Of a stretch of 64,000 bases of DNA, positions 29,701 through 38,076 are shown in pieces. A model generated the notes under the pieces. That model was given only the letters and a program-made list of their open reading frames with translations, was not told where the DNA came from and searched no databases. Both the position numbers and the translations under genes were made by a program. This DNA is from Polyangiales bacterium (lineage in GTDB: Bacteria; Myxococcota_A; Polyangia; Polyangiales; Polyangiaceae). The stretch covers positions 1 to 64,000 of the forward strand of contig JBBRNJ010000041.1 in the NCBI GenBank assembly GCA_038230375.1, given 5' to 3'. Numbering within the stretch: the stretch's first letter is position 1; each line of letters starts with the position of its first letter.

Positions 29701-30174
29701 CTTGTTGATCTCAGCGGCGGCGACGAACGTGAGGAGGCCGTCAGGGGTGACGGCAATGTCCGTGGGGTTCTTGCCCACGACATGAAAGTTGAAGCCGGGC
29801 GTTGCCTGATCGATGTCTACGACGGTGCCCTGCGTGAGATCGACCACGGCGACCTCGCCGCGTCCGAGCTGCGTGACCAGCGCAAAGAGATGGTACGGCA
29901 GGTACGTGCCGTCCACGCCTGCGGGCACGGGCGCGCAGCGGCTCTGCGGCTGCGGCGTGGGCTTGATGAGCGTGCCGTCCGCGGGGTTGAGCACTTGCAT
30001 GCACACTACATCCACCTTCTGCGCGCGCTCGAACGTGCGCACGGGGACGGCGGTGGGCGTGGTGGTGCAGCTCGTCAGCAGCGCGGAGCCCGCGCCCATG
30101 GCAACGAGCACGGCAGCGCAGAGCAACAATGCGGCGCCCACGGTGGCAGCCACACGACGTCGACGGCTCTTCAC
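26800..30174 (-). CDS. Large putative lipoprotein with beta-propeller-like repeats
   Basis: Hydrophobic N-terminus ending LLTSC. YVTN/YncE-like strands GEVAVVDL, PTDIAVTPDG and IYYVAD..IHVIDL. Confidence 0.7.
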   Translation of the reverse strand: MKSRRRRVAATVGAALLLCAAVLVAMGAGSALLTSCTTTPTAVPVRTFERAQKVDVVCMQVLNPADGTLIKPTPQPQSRCAPVPAGVDGTYLPYHLFALVTQLGRGEVAVVDLTQGTVVDIDQATPGFNFHVVGKNPTDIAVTPDGLLTFVAAAEINKPAIYALRNDEVLGDWQGAPGSSRPKITNWPACALPQVPSALAIVPTQILATTTATDGGTSGSTDAAATDGDTEGGASDAGDGGTSGTTAAPDSLGYEVVVVLPGDARTSAKIITIDPRPFLRGAALLADAGPQVAPGSLAKCPITSAIELAGGAFAPSQVQPGPAWDDGIKYVDGGAPAEEVPSTGAAICAAGAGFTPDSGLPIDAPPDLAARGGTAALSGQIYYVADAVLPLIHVIDLRSGTMKELPPLLATSITDPSRRVTVSQIAVSPPTREFKRYLYAIDAREGTLIVYDVTDPDLSSRSPLTRPHPEVNPFQAPDRISFSSPVATLAFARNEWPLTFDVNATGAALTGLLCNPNPKADPKSLGTLSGDAGAVRDLGVFYRSNSAITIGPPGISGIAGPSPYRLRGIFGFATLTTGAMVAIDVDDWDAPCRRPDPIIADGGPSSITPGQPDPTSADDLNPYHAPTAAEAEATASTAFTSPVTLEGFFPISAPHRSRSLQYLRNDPALGNHLPRLDVLPQLWVLGSVQGIGKDATRIPILMPTGKNGLVDPNEFTTAGDPNPARAHTQSPIPNIRFAFESPEVHLDQDWTVTFEGIGPNVKGLAGAISTTDDYASITITTDQGLFCRRGVEDFRIGRAKAAAIISAAAKLKVSVPDRLDHKIADYVQLKEDILPVDDPYWGLPQACWDIPAPTASDANAKVDLATPQKRYDACAVTFGSGEDVNPDMTVQRDFPVLEAYQDHLVIGRYGYSKPQAASTSSREVLDRNAGNKSFLKLMQCCFHNQVQFNVRTGGEWVTQGAKNGFLHHVTEGIGGQCVLSCNARDALLNSRAPGVSQVLADGSKKMDDLQSPDATPIGRNQPLAMRNPMFSFYIVNGFVQSPDAVPPQAQFVDFQPPRDSQWRFTTRGQFQPLFVNLASTTTAVSPQSMKFIDSLGQVAIVDGEAQGLLLVDLNVLSLSHSPYY

Positions 30175-31964
30175 TGGGTCCCCTTCGGAAGCGTGGGCGC
30201 GCCCAGCGTGAAGACGGGGAGCTCGAACGTGGTCTTGTCAGCGCGCGAGTTGTCGAGGTCGATCACTTGGATGAAGGATTCCGTGAAGCTCGCGAGGTAG
30301 GCGAAACGGTAGCGATGAAGGCCGATGCCCGGCTGGTGCGGGTCGTCGGGGACGCTGGTGCGCGCGGCCACGTCCTCCATGTCGAACGGGTCGAACGCCA
30401 TCGAGAACGGCCCCGGTGCCGCGCGGAAGGAGGCCTCCATGCGCTGGGCGTCCGGGTCGTAGACGAAGAGCGTGGCGGAGTCGAAGCAGACGATGAAGAC
30501 GCGGAGCGCGTAGTTGCCGTCCTGATCGACGATGGGCGCGAGATACACCTTCGACGGCCCGGACGAGAGCGGCACGTTGCCGTAGAGCACGAATCGATCG
30601 GCGTCGTAGCTGCCGTCGTCCGCCGAGCCGCCGAGCTCACCGACGAGCAGCGCCGCGGGCGAGCGATTCGCAATGAAGATGCGCGCGGGCGTGCGCGCGC
30701 ACGCTTGCATCTTTGCGACGTACACCGGGTTGGTCGGATCGGCCGGCTTCACCGTTGCGCGGACCTTCGCCTTGCATGCAAGCCGCGGCGAGCGATCGAT
30801 CGCTATGCCCCGCGAGTCCGTGCCCGCCGAGCTGGCGGTGACACCGAACTTCGCCTCGTCCAGGAGGAACGGGCGGCGAAGCGTGGGCAGCTGCGTGGTG
30901 CCGTCGTCCGAATAGTAGCGAAGGCGGTGGACCTCGGGCGCGGCGCGGGTGGTGAGCAGGAACGCAGGCCGCGGCGACTTGCACGAATCGTCGAAGCAAG
31001 TGAGCGCGCGATCGTGCGGGATGTTGAACACGCCGTTGCCGCCGATCGGCAGGCCGTCGAGCACGTACTCTATACCGGGCACCGTCACGTCGCCCACGGC
31101 GCCAAGGCCGGCGGTGAAGAGGCTCGCCTTGGTGTCGGTCTGATGCGTGATGACCAGCGCCTCGCCGTCCTGCGACTGCGCCATGCCGAACGGCTCACCC
31201 GGCATCGTGATCTCGCGCGTGTTGCCGGGCTCGCCGCCGCTGTTGCCCGCGCTGTGACCGCCGTTGCAGTGGCCGTTGTTGGTCTCGGCTCCGCAGTTCA
31301 GTTTGAACACGTTGGCGGCGCTTTGCGGGTCGTCGACGGTGAGGTCGACCCAGGTCACCGAAGCGTCGCCACGCACGGGCACGAACAGGCGTGTGCCGGC
31401 CGCGTTGCACGAGGTCTCCCGATCGTAGCGGGTATCCTTGGGGGTCTGCACGGGTGCCTGCTCGCAACGAAGCACCTGCAGGTCCGTCGCGAACGCGCCG
31501 ATGGTGACGGAGTCGCGAACGTACGCCGTCGAATCCACCGGCGGCGCACACGTCTCGCCGAGCGGCTGGCGCGTGCCGGTCCCGTCGGTCCGGTACACGG
31601 GCGGGGGCGCCGGCGTTCCGTCCGGGTTCGTGCAGGGATTGTCATCAGGCTCTCCCGACGCGCGTGCGGGACGTAGGAGCGGAAGCTTTGGATCGCTGGG
31701 ATCCTTGATCGCGAGGAGCACGTCCCGCCGGATCAGGTTCAGATCGTAGCTCTGGATCGTGCCGCCATTGTACTGGAGGTCAAAGTCCGAGTTGGCGACG
31801 TAGAGGACGTTGCCGCCCCTCGATACGTCGAGCCCCACCGGGAAATAGAGGATGTTCGGCGGCGGGGCCGAGCCGCTGCCTGCCTGGTAGCAAGCCGCGA
31901 CGATTCCGGCGACGCCCACCACGGGAAGCAGCCGCGCAAACGCGACACGCAAAAGCCAAGTCAT
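30171..31964 (-). CDS. Putative beta-propeller (YncE-like) lipoprotein
   Basis: Lipobox VAAC. YFPVGLDVS..LYVANSDFDL, RLFVPVRG, RIFIAN, YLASF..IQVIDL. 4-nt overlap with the next gene. Confidence 0.75.
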   Translation of the reverse strand: MTWLLRVAFARLLPVVGVAGIVAACYQAGSGSAPPPNILYFPVGLDVSRGGNVLYVANSDFDLQYNGGTIQSYDLNLIRRDVLLAIKDPSDPKLPLLRPARASGEPDDNPCTNPDGTPAPPPVYRTDGTGTRQPLGETCAPPVDSTAYVRDSVTIGAFATDLQVLRCEQAPVQTPKDTRYDRETSCNAAGTRLFVPVRGDASVTWVDLTVDDPQSAANVFKLNCGAETNNGHCNGGHSAGNSGGEPGNTREITMPGEPFGMAQSQDGEALVITHQTDTKASLFTAGLGAVGDVTVPGIEYVLDGLPIGGNGVFNIPHDRALTCFDDSCKSPRPAFLLTTRAAPEVHRLRYYSDDGTTQLPTLRRPFLLDEAKFGVTASSAGTDSRGIAIDRSPRLACKAKVRATVKPADPTNPVYVAKMQACARTPARIFIANRSPAALLVGELGGSADDGSYDADRFVLYGNVPLSSGPSKVYLAPIVDQDGNYALRVFIVCFDSATLFVYDPDAQRMEASFRAAPGPFSMAFDPFDMEDVAARTSVPDDPHQPGIGLHRYRFAYLASFTESFIQVIDLDNSRADKTTFELPVFTLGAPTLPKGTQ

Positions 31965-32056
31965 GACGCGCGGCACACTAGCGCCATTTCGTCGGGGATC
32001 GCACCGAAAATACGGCGTGAAGCAGAGCCGTGGCGAGCGTCCTTGCCGTGGTCAGC

Positions 32057-32512
32057 TCAGGGAGCGGGATAGTGCTGGCAGGTGCTGCGGTGATGCTGGT
32101 AGCCGTACCAGGCATTGCGGCCCTGCCTCTGCCAGATCTCGAGGGCGCAGGCGGTGTTCGTGGCGGGATCGAACAGCTCCGACGCCTTGCTCGCGCAGCT
32201 CGAGTCCTGAAGGTGCACGCTATTGATCTGGAACAGGCCGTAGTCCGTGGTGCCGTTCTTGTTGTGGCCCTGCGCGCGGTCGAAGAACGAGGACTCGTAC
32301 TTCGCGGTGCAGACCATCGGGCCGATCTCGGACTCGGGGAAGCCGGCGGTACGGAGCAGGTCAGCGACCTCCGAAGGCGCGAGCTGGTTTCCGGCCAGGA
32401 GCGACTGCTCGTCCGTGGCCTGGGCCGTGTCCTCTGAGGAGGATGCATCCGCGGCACAGCCTGCGACAAAGGAGAGGAAGGCGACGGCACCGAGCTGGGA
32501 GAGGAGCTTCAT
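32057..32512 (-). CDS. Lipoprotein with a c-type (GH22-like) lysozyme/SLT-like domain
   Basis: Lipobox VAGC. CTAKYESS (catalytic Glu), NGTTDYGLFQINS, CA.EI...G.NAW. Confidence 0.8.
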   Translation of the reverse strand: MKLLSQLGAVAFLSFVAGCAADASSSEDTAQATDEQSLLAGNQLAPSEVADLLRTAGFPESEIGPMVCTAKYESSFFDRAQGHNKNGTTDYGLFQINSVHLQDSSCASKASELFDPATNTACALEIWQRQGRNAWYGYQHHRSTCQHYPAP

Positions 32513-32723
32513 TGGGAGGTGCAACCCCTCTCGCAATCCTCGTACCAAGACCTACAGTGCGCTCACGTCCCTACATTCGCAGAATTGGGGGGTGATTGCT
32601 CTCAAAAAGACCCATCCCATGGATTCAGCCCCTGGATCGCATGTTCCAGGCGAAACGGAGAAATGTGAGGAGCACGAGTCCTGGGTCTCAACCTCGACCC
32701 CGACATCGACTTCGACTACCCGG

Positions 32724-32903
32724 TCAGAGCTCCAGAATGATCACGCCTCGGTTTTCCTCATCCGTTTCCTCTCGACGGGGACCCATGGGGGCCATCGGGG
32801 ACATGGGCGGGGGAATGGGCAGGTCGAGCTGGGGCTGCTCATAGCGCGCCCGCTCTTCCTCTTCACGCTTTCGGATCTGTTCGATGATGAACGGAGGGAG
32901 CAT
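32724..32903 (-). CDS. Small 59-aa hypothetical protein (MLPPFIIEQIRKREEEERARYEQPQLDLPIP...NRGVIILEL)
   Basis: Manually translated. AGGAG 7 nt before the ATG and a sigma70-like promoter upstream. Falls below the 60-aa ORF-track cutoff. Confidence 0.75.
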   Translation of the reverse strand: MLPPFIIEQIRKREEEERARYEQPQLDLPIPPPMSPMAPMGPRREETDEENRGVIILEL

Positions 32904-33005
32904 CGGATACTCCTACGGCACTTGGGGGCTACCCCGGTCTGGAGGCAACCCGCGTAGAACCTACTTCCTCAAAGACGGCCGGGATTGACGATCCCTTCAA
33001 AGATC

Positions 33006-33033
33006 AACGTAGCAATCGTGTTGGGGGGGTCAA
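33006..33033 (-). promoter_or_regulatory. Putative sigma70-type promoter for the 59-aa gene
   Basis: Minus strand TTGACC-16 nt-TACGTT with an extended TGn immediately before the -10. Confidence 0.5.
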
Positions 33034-33202
33034 GTCCGCGTGCGTCAGGTGGGGTTGCCAGGAGCGGCTTCTTGGATGCCGCAGTAGAGCGCGTGGTTTT
33101 GACCGCCCAAAGAGGCGGTTGCGGTACGCTGCACGCTCCTTGTATTCGCTGTCCTTGCTGCAGGCGCCGCATGTGCGTCGCTCCAGAAGCCACCCAGGAG
33201 CG

Positions 33203-34519
33203 GTGAGCCATCGGCGTCCTTCGTGGCTGCCGTGGCTGCTCCTTCTGGTTGCGCTCACGTGGACGCATGGGGCCGCGGCTGCGCCCTTCGACCTCGGCGG
33301 CCACGACTGGGAGGGATGCGCGGACTTCGCCGACCTAGCGCGCGCCGAGCTAGGGGCACGCGTCATCATCACGAGCACGATCGACCTGCACGACCTTCGT
33401 CCAGAGGACGGGCTCATCCTCATCTACCCCGAGCGCACCATGGACGACGAGGGGCTGTCGCAGTTCATGCGCGCTGGCGGCCGCGTGATCCTGCTCGACG
33501 ACTTCGGCTCCGGCGATGGCCTGCTGACCCACTTCCAGATAGAGCGCATTCCGATCCCGGAGCGCCCCGCAGAGACGCTGCGACGCAACCCGAACCTCGC
33601 CATCGCGGAGCCCGCCAGCCCGCACCCCGTGGTCGCGGGTGTGTCGCGCGTCGTCACGAACCACGCGACGGGGCTCGCGCACCCCGAGCTCTCGCCCATC
33701 CTCAAGATCCGCGGTCGCGGCGAGCCGGACGTCGTCATCGCCGTCGCTGGCGCCGTGCAGCAAGGGCGACTGCTCGTCGTGGGCGATCCGTCGATCATCA
33801 TCAACTCGATGCTGCGCTACGCCGGCAACAAGGACTTCGCGCGCGGCCTTCTCCGCTACGCGGTCGAGGACGACTCGTGGGGAAAGCGTGGCGGCCGCCT
33901 CTTCATCGCGTCAGGCAAGTTCGAGCAGCGCGGCAGCTTCGCCGGCGAGAGCGCGCTGGACACGCAGCTCCGTGACGAGCTCCGCGCCCTGCGCGATCTG
34001 GCCTTCGCCATGCGCGCCGGAAACGCGCCACCCGGGCTCCTCTTCGCCATCGCGATCGCCATCGCGCTCTCCCTGGGTGGCTGGCTCGCCATGCGCGCGG
34101 GCCGCCTTCACAAGGCCACCACGCCGCGCTTCACGCGCCGCATTCCGCTCGTCGCACAGGGTGGCGTGGCCGGGCACGCCGCGGTGATCTCCTCGGCGGG
34201 CACGTCGCGCGTCCTGGCGTTGTTCGAGCTGAAGAGCGCCCTCGAGGAGCGGCTCACATCGCTGCTCGGTCTGCCCGAGCTCCCGTCGCAGCGCGAGCTC
34301 ATGAAACAGGTAGAAGAAGCCGGTCTGCTCTCGCGCGACGAGCTCGCCGCGCTCAAGGGCGTGAGCTTACGGCTTGCAGAGGTGGAGACGATCGTGATTT
34401 CGTCTCGGCTCGAGGCCTTCGCGAAAGTGAAAGACGAAGAAGTGAGAAAGATCGCCCGCATCATCTTCCAGATCCTGGGCTCCGCAGAAGACCGCAAAAA
34501 AACCGGAGCAAGAGCTTGA
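33203..34519 (+). CDS. DUF4350-like membrane-anchored protein
   Basis: AGGAG just upstream of the GTG. Signal peptide, FMRAGGRVILLDD, GRLLVVGDPSIIINSML, internal TM helix. Precedes a MoxR gene. Confidence 0.75.
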   Translation: MSHRRPSWLPWLLLLVALTWTHGAAAAPFDLGGHDWEGCADFADLARAELGARVIITSTIDLHDLRPEDGLILIYPERTMDDEGLSQFMRAGGRVILLDDFGSGDGLLTHFQIERIPIPERPAETLRRNPNLAIAEPASPHPVVAGVSRVVTNHATGLAHPELSPILKIRGRGEPDVVIAVAGAVQQGRLLVVGDPSIIINSMLRYAGNKDFARGLLRYAVEDDSWGKRGGRLFIASGKFEQRGSFAGESALDTQLRDELRALRDLAFAMRAGNAPPGLLFAIAIAIALSLGGWLAMRAGRLHKATTPRFTRRIPLVAQGGVAGHAAVISSAGTSRVLALFELKSALEERLTSLLGLPELPSQRELMKQVEEAGLLSRDELAALKGVSLRLAEVETIVISSRLEAFAKVKDEEVRKIARIIFQILGSAEDRKKTGARA

Positions 34520-35490
34520 ACGCGTCGAATCCAGCTGCTCCGAACGAGGTCGCGGCGGCCAAGGAACGGATGGAGGACCTCCGGCGGGAGGTGTCTCGCA
34601 TCTACGTGGGGTCCAACCGCGCGCTGGAGATGATGCTCATCGCGCTGCTCGCGCGAGGCCACGTCCTGCTCGAGGGCGTGCCCGGCGTGGCGAAGACCAC
34701 GCTCGTGAAGGCGTTCGCCACCGCGCTGGGGTGCAGCGCGCGCCGCATCCAGTTCACGCCGGACCTCTTGCCCGCGGACATCACGGGCACGTATGTGCTC
34801 TCGCCGCGTGAAGGCACGTTCACGCTGCGCGCTGGCCCCATCTTCGCGAACGTCGTCCTTGCCGACGAGATCAACCGCGCGCCCGCGAAGACGCAGTCCG
34901 CGCTGCTCGAGGCGATGCAGGAAAGGCAGGTCACCATCGAAGGCGACCGGTTCGAGCTGCCGCTTCCGTTCCTGGTGCTCGCCACGCAGAACCCGATCGA
35001 TCTGGAGGGCACCTATCCCCTCCCCGAGGCGCAGATCGATCGCTTCCTCGTGCGCGTGGGCATGGGCTACCCCAGCGCAAAAGAAGAGGCGCAGATGCTC
35101 AAGACCCATGGACAAGATCCACCGGTGCTGCGTCCGGTGCTCGCGCCGCAGGACATCGCCCAGATGCAGGCGATCAGCGCGCGCGTCCACGTCGAGGAAG
35201 ATCTCTTCGACTACGCGGTGGCGCTCACGACCTTCACGCGCACGCACTCTCGCGTTGCGCTCGGCGCAAGCCCGCGTGCAACGCTGGGTCTGGTCGGGGC
35301 GGGCAAGGCGTCCGCACTGCTCGCGGGCCGCACGTTCCTGGTCCCGGAGGATCTCCGCAACGTCGCGTCGTTCGTGCTCTCGCACCGGCTCGTGCTCACG
35401 GCAGACGCGGAGACGGATCCGCGCGCACGCGAGCAGATCATCGACGAGGCGCTCGCCCGCGTGAGCTACCGCCGCGGTCAGCGAGGCTGA
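34516..35490 (+). CDS. MoxR-family AAA+ ATPase
   Basis: HVLLEGVPGVAKT, RIQFTPDLLP, LADEINRAPAKTQSALLEAM, ATQNP, PLPEAQIDRF. Confidence 0.96.
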   Translation: MNASNPAAPNEVAAAKERMEDLRREVSRIYVGSNRALEMMLIALLARGHVLLEGVPGVAKTTLVKAFATALGCSARRIQFTPDLLPADITGTYVLSPREGTFTLRAGPIFANVVLADEINRAPAKTQSALLEAMQERQVTIEGDRFELPLPFLVLATQNPIDLEGTYPLPEAQIDRFLVRVGMGYPSAKEEAQMLKTHGQDPPVLRPVLAPQDIAQMQAISARVHVEEDLFDYAVALTTFTRTHSRVALGASPRATLGLVGAGKASALLAGRTFLVPEDLRNVASFVLSHRLVLTADAETDPRAREQIIDEALARVSYRRGQRG

Positions 35491-35493
35491 CAC

Positions 35494-37149
35494 GTGCAGC
35501 TGCACCCCACCCGGATCACGTTCCACGTTGGCCTGAGCGGCGTGCTGATGATCGGGGTCGGCGTGGTGTTCAAGCTACCGCCGGTCCTTGCGTTCGGCGG
35601 GGCCGTCCTGTTCGCGGTCCTGATCGGCCGCGCGCTCGCGCTCACGTCGGTCACCAAGATCCGCGGCTCTGGCTTCGAGATGGTGTGGGCCATGCCACGC
35701 CGCGTATCGCGCCTCGCGCGCGAGGGCGAGGTGACGCTCACGTGCGAGCTCCGCAACCGCGGCGTGGACGATGCGCGCGGCGTGTCGCTGCGCGCGGTCG
35801 CCTCGAGCATGCTGGACGTGACCGTGAAGCCGCCCGAGGTGGACCTGCCCGCCGGTGCACGCGTGGAGATCGATCTCGTGGTCCGCGCCAAGCGTGTGGG
35901 TCGCTGGGGCGTGCACGGCGTGGCGCTCGAGGTGCGCGGCACACCGGTCGGCGGCGAGGGCCTCTACGAGGTGCCGCTGATGTTCGCGAATCCTCACGGC
36001 ATCGAGGTGTTTCCGCGCAGCCTCCTCACGTACATCCAGTCTCCACGCGGCGGCCGCTCCAGGCGCGGCGCAGAGGCAGGTCAGCCCGTCGCGCTCGCGG
36101 GCGACAGCGACGAGATCAAGGAGCTGCGCGAGCACGTGCCCGGCGACGCGTTCAAGCGCATTGCCTGGAAGGCGAGCGCAAAGCGCGGACAGCTTGTCGT
36201 GCGGGAGATGGAGCGCGACGAGCGCGACACCGTGTGGTTGATTCTGGATGCGTCCGTGGATCTGTGGGCGGGCGACAGCGGGCGTTCGCCGCTCGATTTC
36301 GCGGTCGACGAGGTGGGCAGCCTTGCCGCACGCCACCTGCTCCGCGGCGATCAGGTCGGCCTCGTGGTGCTCGCTTCGCGCCTTCGCACGTGGCTTGCGC
36401 CGTCGAACGGCTCCGGGCATGCGTTGCGGATCGCGGCGGCACTGGCCAGCGCGGCGAGCATGGTCGACAGCGACCGCACCTCACTGGACGAGGCCGAGCT
36501 CGCTCAGCGCGTCGTGGAGCACGCGCGCCCGCTGGACCCAAGCGGCCTCGCAGATGTCGCGCGCTCCGACCTTGATCGCCTCGCGGCGCGCGCGGACGTG
36601 CTCCGCCAGAAGGCGCCGTTCTCGCCACGGCAGCCGTTCGCGAAGACCTTGCGCGAGCAGCGCCTTCGCCACTATCTCGCGTCGTTCGGCGTGGAGGTGC
36701 CTCCGCGCGCGGAGGGAGAGCGTGAGCGCGCCGAGCTGCTCACTGCGCGCGTGCTCGAGCGCCTGCTCACCGAGAAGAAGCGGCCGAGCGTCATCCACAT
36801 GTGGGCGCCCGTGCCCACCAAGATGGACGCGGTGCGCTCCAGCCTGAAGCGCCTGCGAAAGCGCCGCGCCGAGATCCGCTGGACGCTCCCGCTGTACGAG
36901 GAGAGCGTTGGTCTTGCCAGCGCATCCGGAGCGGCGCCACAGCCGTCGGAGAAGCCGTCGGTGAAGGACACGGACGAGATCTCGCAGATCGTGATGGATG
37001 CAGTGCGCCTGCGCGCGCGTGCCTCCGAGGAGCGCGCGGTCGTGATGCTGCGAAAGCTCGGCGTACGGATCCATGTGATAGACCATCGACGCGTGCTCGC
37101 TTCATCCTTCCACGAGTCCGGTTCGATCCGCAGGCGAGGCGTGGCGTGA
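35494..37149 (+). CDS. DUF58-domain (VWA-like) protein
   Basis: ELREHVPGD..KRIAWKASA, LILDAS; two N-terminal TM segments. Confidence 0.9.
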   Translation: MQLHPTRITFHVGLSGVLMIGVGVVFKLPPVLAFGGAVLFAVLIGRALALTSVTKIRGSGFEMVWAMPRRVSRLAREGEVTLTCELRNRGVDDARGVSLRAVASSMLDVTVKPPEVDLPAGARVEIDLVVRAKRVGRWGVHGVALEVRGTPVGGEGLYEVPLMFANPHGIEVFPRSLLTYIQSPRGGRSRRGAEAGQPVALAGDSDEIKELREHVPGDAFKRIAWKASAKRGQLVVREMERDERDTVWLILDASVDLWAGDSGRSPLDFAVDEVGSLAARHLLRGDQVGLVVLASRLRTWLAPSNGSGHALRIAAALASAASMVDSDRTSLDEAELAQRVVEHARPLDPSGLADVARSDLDRLAARADVLRQKAPFSPRQPFAKTLREQRLRHYLASFGVEVPPRAEGERERAELLTARVLERLLTEKKRPSVIHMWAPVPTKMDAVRSSLKRLRKRRAEIRWTLPLYEESVGLASASGAAPQPSEKPSVKDTDEISQIVMDAVRLRARASEERAVVMLRKLGVRIHVIDHRRVLASSFHESGSIRRRGVA

Positions 37150-38072
37150 GCGAAGACAAACCGTCCGCTCCGGCGGACGCGGCGGCGAGCGGTCCGGTGC
37201 GCCCCCTCAACGCGCGCGCGCTCCTGCGTGAGGCGGGTCTGTCACCGAAGAAGAGCTTCGGTCAGAACTTCCTCGTCGCCGACGAGGTGACCGCGCAGAT
37301 CGCAGCGGCATGCGTCCCCGACGACGAGCGGGGACTGGCGGAGGTCGTGGAGCTGGGCGCGGGCGCGGGCGCGCTCACGTCGCTGCTGGTGCTGCGCGCG
37401 CGACACGTGACGGCGGTGGAACGGGATCGCGACATGCTCCCGATCCTTTCCCGCGCTCTTCTGCCGTTCACCGAGAGCGGCGTCCTCACGCTGCTGGAGG
37501 CAGATGCCGCGCAGCTGGACGTTGCTGCGGTGCTCGGTCCCACGGCTCCGCGCGTGTACTGCGGCAACTTGCCGTATCAGATCACGGGGCGCCTCATCTC
37601 GCTCGCATGCATCCATGCGAAGGTGATCGAGCGCGCGGTCTTCATGGTGCAAGAAGAGGTGTGCGACCGGCTCGTGGCCAAGCCGAACAGCAAGGAGTAC
37701 GGCGCACTGTCCGTCTTCACGCAGGCCGCATTCCACGTGAAGAAGCTGCGCTCGGTGTCGAAGGGATGCTTCTTCCCCGCGCCAGACGTGACCTCCGCAG
37801 TCGTCGTCCTCACCTCGCGACGGCCTGCCGTGTGCGAGGAGACACCCGGACTGAAGTCCGCCGTTTCCCGTGCGTTCCAGGCGCGGCGCAAGACGCTGCG
37901 CAACGCGTGGCGCGGCTTGCTACCAGACGCCGAGCTTCATGCCGCAGCGGAGCGCGCCGGCATCTCGCTCGACGCGCGCGGCGAGACACTGGACGTCACG
38001 GCCTTCGCGCGAATGGCGATGGAGCTGGACGGGGCACGCACGGCGCCCGCGGCTCCGGCCACGTCGGGTTGA
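37146..38072 (+). CDS. rsmA: 16S rRNA adenine dimethyltransferase RsmA/KsgA
   Basis: KKSFGQNFL, ELGAGAG, GNLPYQIT, MVQEEV, F.PAPDV.S, RRKTLRN. Confidence 0.95.
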   Translation: MSEDKPSAPADAAASGPVRPLNARALLREAGLSPKKSFGQNFLVADEVTAQIAAACVPDDERGLAEVVELGAGAGALTSLLVLRARHVTAVERDRDMLPILSRALLPFTESGVLTLLEADAAQLDVAAVLGPTAPRVYCGNLPYQITGRLISLACIHAKVIERAVFMVQEEVCDRLVAKPNSKEYGALSVFTQAAFHVKKLRSVSKGCFFPAPDVTSAVVVLTSRRPAVCEETPGLKSAVSRAFQARRKTLRNAWRGLLPDAELHAAAERAGISLDARGETLDVTAFARMAMELDGARTAPAAPATSG

Positions 38073-38076
38073 GGCG

